Source: Chrysomallon squamiferum (taxonomy: Eukaryota > Animalia > Mollusca). From it: a stretch of 64,000 nt of DNA. The stretch lies in the NCBI GenBank assembly GCA_012295275.1, contig CM022676.1, positions 558,001 through 622,000 of the forward strand, in the 5' to 3' direction. A program made the translations under genes and the position numbers. Positions 56,918 to 64,000 of the stretch are shown here, one piece after another. Numbering within the stretch: the stretch's first letter is position 1; each line of letters starts with the position of its first letter. A model generated the notes under the pieces. The model did not search any database and was not told the origin of the DNA. It worked only from the letters and a program-made list of their open reading frames with translations.

Positions 56918-57150
56918 GTATTTATATTATTTTTATGTATATAGTGATTAAAAGTGAAATACTGAGTAATAAGAACAAATAAATAAAACAAAATTACGTA
57001 CAGAGCATATTATATATACAGAGCATAAGTCTGCAGTCATTGGACAAACATACATTTTTATATTTGTTCTAAAATAACAAATCGTAGCACAATTCCAAGA
57101 ATATCTTCTTGTTTAAAATTCCATTGTATTTTTGTTCATATTATTTAAAA

Positions 57151-60100
57151 CTCGGCGTCAATGAGAATTATGTTGTAGAAGAAGACTGTGATTCAGTAAT
57201 GGTTAAGACTATGTGGAGAAAATAGTTTTTTTGCTTGCCACTGAGACATATAAAATTAGAAAAGAAAAACACATGAAAACCAGAATAAGAGTTGTGCATG
57301 CTGCTGTTATTCTTGAATCCAGAGTGGACGGGCGTGTGTGGAAGGCTGTTAAAATTTAAACTCAAACACATCATACCCATATCGTTTTTCAACTATGCAA
57401 TTCTTATATGTATATGTGTGCATATGTATATACTACATTTTGGTTAGTTTACAAGATACATGAAGCTTACTTGCTGGTGTGTAATCTTTTGTTAGTGTGA
57501 TCCAGCAAAGATTGTTATTAGCCTAGTAATATATATAAATACATATAACAATCAAACGATGAAAACTAGATGAGTAAAAGTAGATATAGGCTACTCACCC
57601 ACTCACTCAACTGTTTCTTTTAATTTAATTTCTTCTATTTTTTTTATTTATTGCCAAGGCACAATGCTTCTATTTGTGTGTGTTCACGTACGACTGGCAT
57701 CCAAGCTGGCGATATGCATGCACTCAGATTTGCACGTGCAGTGGGTCAGACTGACTGTCAGCATAGTTATAAATATCATCTGTTTCTTCGTTGTGGTTTT
57801 TTGGTCATTACTATTCACATATTTTTTCCACAAAAGCGCAGTACATTGTTCATTGTTGAGGGATTTATTTTTTAGGATATTGATGTTCTTATATTGTTAT
57901 TGTTGGGATGTTGTGAACACAGTTGCCAACTACCTATTTTTTCACTTTTTGTGTGAAAATGACTTTGGTACAGCGTATATGTGTACATTTACACTACTTT
58001 GTACGTGGTTAGCGAAGGAAAGTTATCATTAAGTACTAGGAACGTATCTTACAGCTTACTGAGTTCGCTTTACATTATTACTGTTACAGTTACAAATGTT
58101 CTTTGTCAAAATTCCAAATGGATAATGGTATTAAGTTTGTGTCAGCAAACTGTCAGGGCCTTGCAGATGAAATGTTTTTGAGAGATGTTTTAAATTACTA
58201 TAAATCAAAAAAAAAAGATATATATATATAGATATATATATATATATTCGATAATATGTTTGCAGGACATTCATAAAGATGAAAAAGGTGCAGGGCGTAT
58301 GAATCAGTTATGGAATATGCAGACAATAATAGCACCTTATAATATAAGAAAGAGGAAACTTGCTATTCTATTTAGTAATGATCATTAATATGTTACTGAT
58401 AATGAACATACGTTCATAGACCTAACCGTTAACTATATAATAACTAGATTAACGATAAATAAACATACTGATTTATCTGTAGTAAATATTTATGGCCTAA
58501 ATGAAGATTTACCACAATTCTATCTGGATATTTTTAATAAAATTAATTTTGAACAAGAAGACGTGATATTCTGTGGAGACTGGAACTTTGTATTAGACCC
58601 ACAACTAGATATAGGAAAATTCCTCAACGTATTAATAACCCAAGAGCCAGACAAGTAGTATCAGAAACTATAAATGAAAACGATGTTTGGAGAATATCAA
58701 ATGGAGACACTAAATCATTTACGTGGAAGAGGAAAAAAACCTAGACAGCAGGCTAGACTGGATAACTTTCTTGTATCTCGAAGTATTTTTCATAATGTAT
58801 TAGATGCTAAAATAATAATGCCTTATAGATCTCACCATAATGCGATTAATATAACATGTAATTTTACTGATTAAGAATGCGGTAGAGGATATTGGAAATT
58901 TAACAACTCCTTATTAAAGGACCCATCTTATCGTACTCAAATTAAAAATATGATAAAAAAAAAAAAAAAAGTCTAAAAATTAATATGGTCTATCAGTTAA
59001 AAATGAAACTATTCAAATGATAAGTAATGCTGATTTAAATGTTAAGATACCGGTATCATTATTTTTAGAAACATTGTTAATGAAAATAAGAGGTAAAACG
59101 ATATGGTATGCTACTTGGAAAAAACGTCAGGCGTTAAAAGACGAAACTGACTTAGAAACAAAAATATCAATTATTGAAAAATAAATAAATAATAATGTTC
59201 AGAACATAGATGAAAATATTTTAGATGAACTACAAGACACACAACGGAAATTAGAAACTATCAGAGATAATAAAACAGAAGGCGCCTATCTACGGTCAAG
59301 AATATTGTCATATCGTTTAGCCGACAAGCCAAGTGCATATTTTATAGTTTAGAGACTAGAAATTGTGTTTCAAAGACAATTTTAAAATTAGGGACACCTC
59401 AGGAATAATTACTACTTGAGTTTTTCAAATTCTTCCGGATAGACTTGGGTGATTTTGTTTTAAAAACGATAAATGAAGGTTATGATAAGGAAGAGGTGTC
59501 TCTATCACTTAGACGAGGGCTAATTACCTGTATTCAAAAGCAAATAAGAACAAACATGTTTTAAAAGACTGGAGACCTATATCAGTGTTAAATGTTATTT
59601 ATAAACTAGCATCCGCCTGCTAAGCACTTGAATAAAGCCACTTTTAAATAGAACTGAAAATGAAGATCAGAAGGGCTTTGTAGGAGGACGCTTTATTGGG
59701 GAAAATATAAGGACACTGTATGATATTTTATTCGAAAGTAAGACTAATAACACACCAGGACTAATACTTTTAATTGATTTTGAAAAAAACATTTGATTCT
59801 ATATCAATGCAATTCATGCACAAAACTTTACAATATTTTTTTTTCGGTCCATCAATTCGTAGATGGGTTTTTACTTTTACGATAATGCAAAGGCATACAT
59901 TTTACAAAACGGACATCTCTCGGAACCTTTTAACATAGAAAGAGGTTGTAGGCAAGGCGATCCCCTTTCACCATATTTATTTATTTTATATAGAAATTCA
60001 TGGAATTCTTGTTCGGTCAAATCCTCTAATTAAACGCATTGATATATAGGATTTGGAATATAAAACTGGACAATTTGCTGATGACACTCAATTGTATTTA

Positions 60101-60912
60101 GATGGATCTCCTTCCTCTATAAGGAAAGCAATACATACTTTAGACATTTTTAGAGATGTATCGGGCCTGAAAAAAAATATAGAAAAAACAAAAGCTATTG
60201 GTTTATGTCCCTTGCGAATACTATGGCAGAAACGTGCAAACGGCTAAGTCTAGACTGGTGTGAAAACATTTTGAAGTTCTAGATTTGACACTTAATAAAC
60301 AACTAGACAATATTTGGACACTAGATTTGGATGAAAAGCTGGTAAAAATAGAAAAACGGTTAAATTCGTGGCATGGCAGATGCAGAACTACATGTGGTAG
60401 GGTAACGGTTGTAAAATCATTAGCTATGTCAAAACAATCTCATATTTTTACCAGCCTACCAAATCCACCCAAAGAATATATATTAAAAATAAATAAAATG
60501 ATTTTCTCATTTGTATGGAAATATGCTCCAGATAGAGTTAAACGCTCAATTATTACAACAAATTATACCGAGAGTGACTTAAAAATGGTTGAAACATTAA
60601 CATTCATTAAAGCTTTAAAAGTTTCGTGGTTAAGACACTTGTTTCAGTCGGACAGCAAATGAAAATGGTTTTTAAATAAATATAGATAATCTAGCTTTAT
60701 CTAAACCGGGAACCAATGTTGGTGAATATATAAACAAAAAGTTTAAAAATTATTTTTGGAATGATGTTTTGTGCTAAAAAGAAAAACTGAAACTTGTGAC
60801 GAAATAGTAAATGAGCCGTTATGGTACAACACAGTTTATTTTTCCGCAGTTGGTATAATAACGGTTTAACACACATACGAAATCTTTTAACAGAAACAGG
60901 ATACATCATTCA
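57151..60912 (+). mobile_element. Dead L1/Tx1-clade LINE (duplicate of 29030-32717)
   Basis: ORF2 start MDNGIKFVSANCQGLAD at 58118; WRPISVLNV.YK, GCRQGDPLSPYLF, QFADDTQLYLD. Confidence 0.9.
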
Positions 60913-61267
60913 CTATACATACGTACATGCACGAATGCACCTAAGTACACACACACACACACACATACATTCATACATGCACAGTTACACACACAAACAT
61001 ATATATATATATACACACATACATTCATACGTGCATGCAGTAATGCACCTAAGTGCAAACACACACACCCATAGACACACAGAGACATGTATGTGTGTAT
61101 ATATATACATATATATATCTGTGTGTCTATGGGTTTGTGTCACAGATGCCATCCCTACTTTTACTACTAGTACCTCTACATCTATGACCACTACGTGATC
61201 TTTATTGCTAAAGGAAATAAGTCTTCTACATAAAAATTATTCTAAAGCAGGTTATAAATAAAATTCG

Positions 61268-61382
61268 CAGAGGCTCTGGCGCAGGAAGACAAAGTCCAAT
61301 CACCGCCTCACAAACCCGTCAGATTCCGCTGATTAGACTCGAACGTATGGCACCCATTAGCCCACACTCCGAAGGCCGACGA
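61268..61382 (-). mobile_element. tRNA-derived SINE fragment (tentative)
   Basis: GC-rich island with B-box-like GTTCGAGTC on the minus strand; 5' end interrupted by the A-rich tail of the adjacent LINE. Confidence 0.4.
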
Positions 61383-63060
61383 TTTTTTTGTTTTATATTT
61401 GTTGATTTTAATCAACAGTTGTATATAAATAAATAGAACATTAAAAGAATAAATCACAACAATAAACAATAGGCATGCATTCACACACTCACATACCCAT
61501 ACTTACCTACACAGAACACTAACATATTTTAATTGTATTTTATAATTAAAAATAAATAAACTGTTTATCCATTGATTAGTTATTGTCTGTTAAAGGATAT
61601 TTGAAAATAAGCATGTCATCTTTAAATTCTAGAAAAAACATTATCCTTAATATTAAAACTTGAAAGCTTGTTTTGAATACGGTGTTGATTAAGAATGATT
61701 CCAAAGCATTGATACACATAATTTCAAACAAAAATGTATTTTATTAATGTTTGTTCCTTTCAATTCAGCTATCACACGCTGATAGTGTATTCATCACTGT
61801 AGTGTATTCATTTCCAAACAGTTCTCCAGAATATATTAAAACCAACCTCAGTCCATTTTTCTTCACAATTAGGTGATTTAACATTTTTTTAAATTAAAAT
61901 AGAATAAATTAATTTAACGTGTAAATGTACGTACATTTATCATTTCTTTATTACGAAAGAGAAATAAATCTGAATTTGGTGTTAATACAACTTTTCCATT
62001 CATCTGGAAGTGGTTTCAGAATAACACTGTAAGCAATATAAATTTGTTTTGGGAGTAATTCTGGCTATCTTTCATTAATAACTTCAACAATAGCTGAGGA
62101 AGGGAAACAACCTGTTGTTACTTCTTATGCAATATCAGCCACTTTGACTATTCCACTTTGAATAAAAGAACTAATTAGTAATCATTTTTTTTTTTTTTTA
62201 ATTAACGATTCTGAAACAGTGGTTGAGACAATATTTCGTCTGTATCCAACAGGAAAATACGTTCCCCATTATTAACATAGTCCCAAGATGATAACATTTC
62301 AGCATAAAAAGGGTTGATAACTTTCAAAGCATCTTTACTGTAATGTCATAATTTAAATTCATATTCATATATTTTCCAAGAAATACTGACATTGTATAAT
62401 TTCAAACATTTTTAAAATCATTATCAAAATATTTCTTAAATATTTTAATACGAAACGCCATTTTCTTTAATGAAATACCTTTAATATTTAGCCTCCCCCC
62501 CCCCGACGTTTTATTTCCGATTATTGTTGAATATTTCATTAAAGGTGTTTTTCTTTCTCAAATAAATTTATAAAAAAAAATTGTGGATTTCATTTTCTAC
62601 CCAGTTTGGTATATTTATTGTGCTAATCATATACCAAAGTCTAGATAGAACAAAATATTCCATACGTCTACTTTTCCGTGTAAAATGAGTTTCCTTTGAC
62701 TCCATAAATTAATTAATCTACAAATTTTATCTAATTTATTTTTTCAGTTCAAACTTTAACATAAGGACTTATTTGGTCCTAAATATATACCTATAATTTT
62801 AACAAAGCCTTTACTTACCGATATCGCAAAGTTAAAAGATAAGTTTTCTTTAACAGTCTTACCAAAACAAAGTCGTGTTGGTTATATCTGAAAAAGACAA
62901 TATTAAGTGTTTGATTTCTTTTGAAAATATTCTTAAAATGTATACATATAAACTGGTAATAATTACAGGACGCACAGAAAATGTACTCCCGATTTCAAAC
63001 TGATCTTTAAGCATTTCTGTAAACAGAATATTTTTACATATCAGTAACATTTAACAGTTA
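61383..63060 (-). mobile_element. 3' fragment of a second, different Tx1/L1-clade LINE
   Basis: Minus-strand fragments VKIIGIYLG, LSRLWY, GGLNIK, NPFYAEMLSSW..ILSQPLFQN, FIQSGIVKVADI, PNCEEKW..IFWRTVW; A-rich 3' end. Confidence 0.75.
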
Positions 63061-63299
63061 GTGAGGTCAGAGTAAGTAATCTGCTACCCTCTCCTCCTCT
63101 GGTCACATCCGTACTAAATATAAAAACGAACTAAAAACTGAAAATATTTAGCAATTAATGATTGTCGTGAAAAAAAGTCCTATCTTCATCAAAATGTTTT
63201 AATTATTTCTAATATATATACCACGCTAAACGCTAAAAGAGCATTTTGGCTTATAATAAATACGGAGTTAAAGGTTTTACAGATGAGATTTGTTATTAT

Positions 63300-63830
63300 T
63301 ATTTGTATGTATTTAACTGAAAACCAGTTTTTGTTTTATATTGAACGTTTGAAAATAGATTACTTTTCATATAAATAATTTTAGTTTACTAACCTGCTTT
63401 AAGAGACAGCTGAGTATTCTTTTTATGTTTTACATTTCAAAAAATGTACTAGCCAACATTTCATATAAATTGATCATCCTTAGGAATCCACAGAAATTAT
63501 TTTGATTATGTTGCTATTTATATCTATCAATCACCAGAAATCAATGGTGAAGCTAATGCTGAAGTTTTTATATGCAGCCTTTGACTTGTGAAACGTAAGC
63601 TAGCTCTGAACATATTCATTATTTATATTTCTAATACATGTATATCATCTTTGTTTGTAATATTTGGAAATACATTTACAGTTTTTGTTAATTTTACTTT
63701 AGTGTCTTTAAAAAGTGAGTTTATATTTACTGTTCAGTATTCTTTACAGTATCTTTAAGTGCCATCAACGTTCATATATATTTCAGTATGTCCACTATAA
63801 CTTTAACATTTTATTAACATAATTTTTAAA
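63300..63830 (+). repeat. Direct paralog of the post-FN3 intron of gene A (~4840-5380)
   Basis: Shared blocks such as gtatgtatttaactgaaaac and tcaccagaaa.caatggtgaagctaatg...gtaagctagctctgaacata. Confidence 0.85.
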
Positions 63831-64000
63831 TATCTATATTATTTATTTTCTCCTTCACTAAAATTTTAATTCCTCAAATTTCTAAGCAGTATTGGTGGAT
63901 ATTTATTTCAAAAGTTTTATGTTCTATTCATTTAGCATATTTGTCTGTAACAGTTTTTACATTTTTCATTTATTAAGTAATTTATATTATTTTATAATCT

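Larger units (their letters stand above)
55862..61168 (+). repeat. Right arm of the inverted segmental duplication
   Basis: Reverse complement of 28779-33976. Confidence 0.95.

Noticed and set aside
58118-60912. Reverse transcriptase next to repeats as a diversity-generating system
   Set aside because: An ordinary L1/Tx1 ORF2 with many stops and frameshifts; no template/variable repeat pair.

Overview
AT-rich, microsatellite-rich eukaryotic (metazoan) genomic DNA; the receptor and retroelement types suggest a mollusc, possibly a cephalopod (inference). Most ORF-track entries are noise, so gene structure was rebuilt by hand from GT-AG boundaries and exon phases. 1-6.6 kb (+): 3' part of a spliced gene with group-A SRCR domains and an FN3 exon, followed by broken FN3 and Ig exons and a 48-bp tandem array built from a splice donor. 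11.9-28 kb (-): an apparently intact type-I membrane receptor gene of about 927 aa by one frame-consistent splice path: signal peptide, 3 SRCR, a half-deleted Ig exon, a Cys-less Ig, 4 near-identical FN3 cassettes, a TM segment and a micro-exon tyrosine-motif tail with a candidate ITIM. Further signal-peptide exon copies lie at 32.9 kb (-) and 56.9 kb (+), inside a ~5.2-kb inverted segmental duplication that carries a dead L1/Tx1 element. Between the arms lies a ~16.5-kb hierarchical AAGT-derived satellite that encloses another SRCR gene remnant. An internally deleted I/Nimb-like LINE, a second Tx1/L1 fragment and a SINE fragment are also present. Overall the window looks like an exon-shuffling, birth-and-death cluster of chimeric SRCR-Ig-FN3 immune-type receptors.
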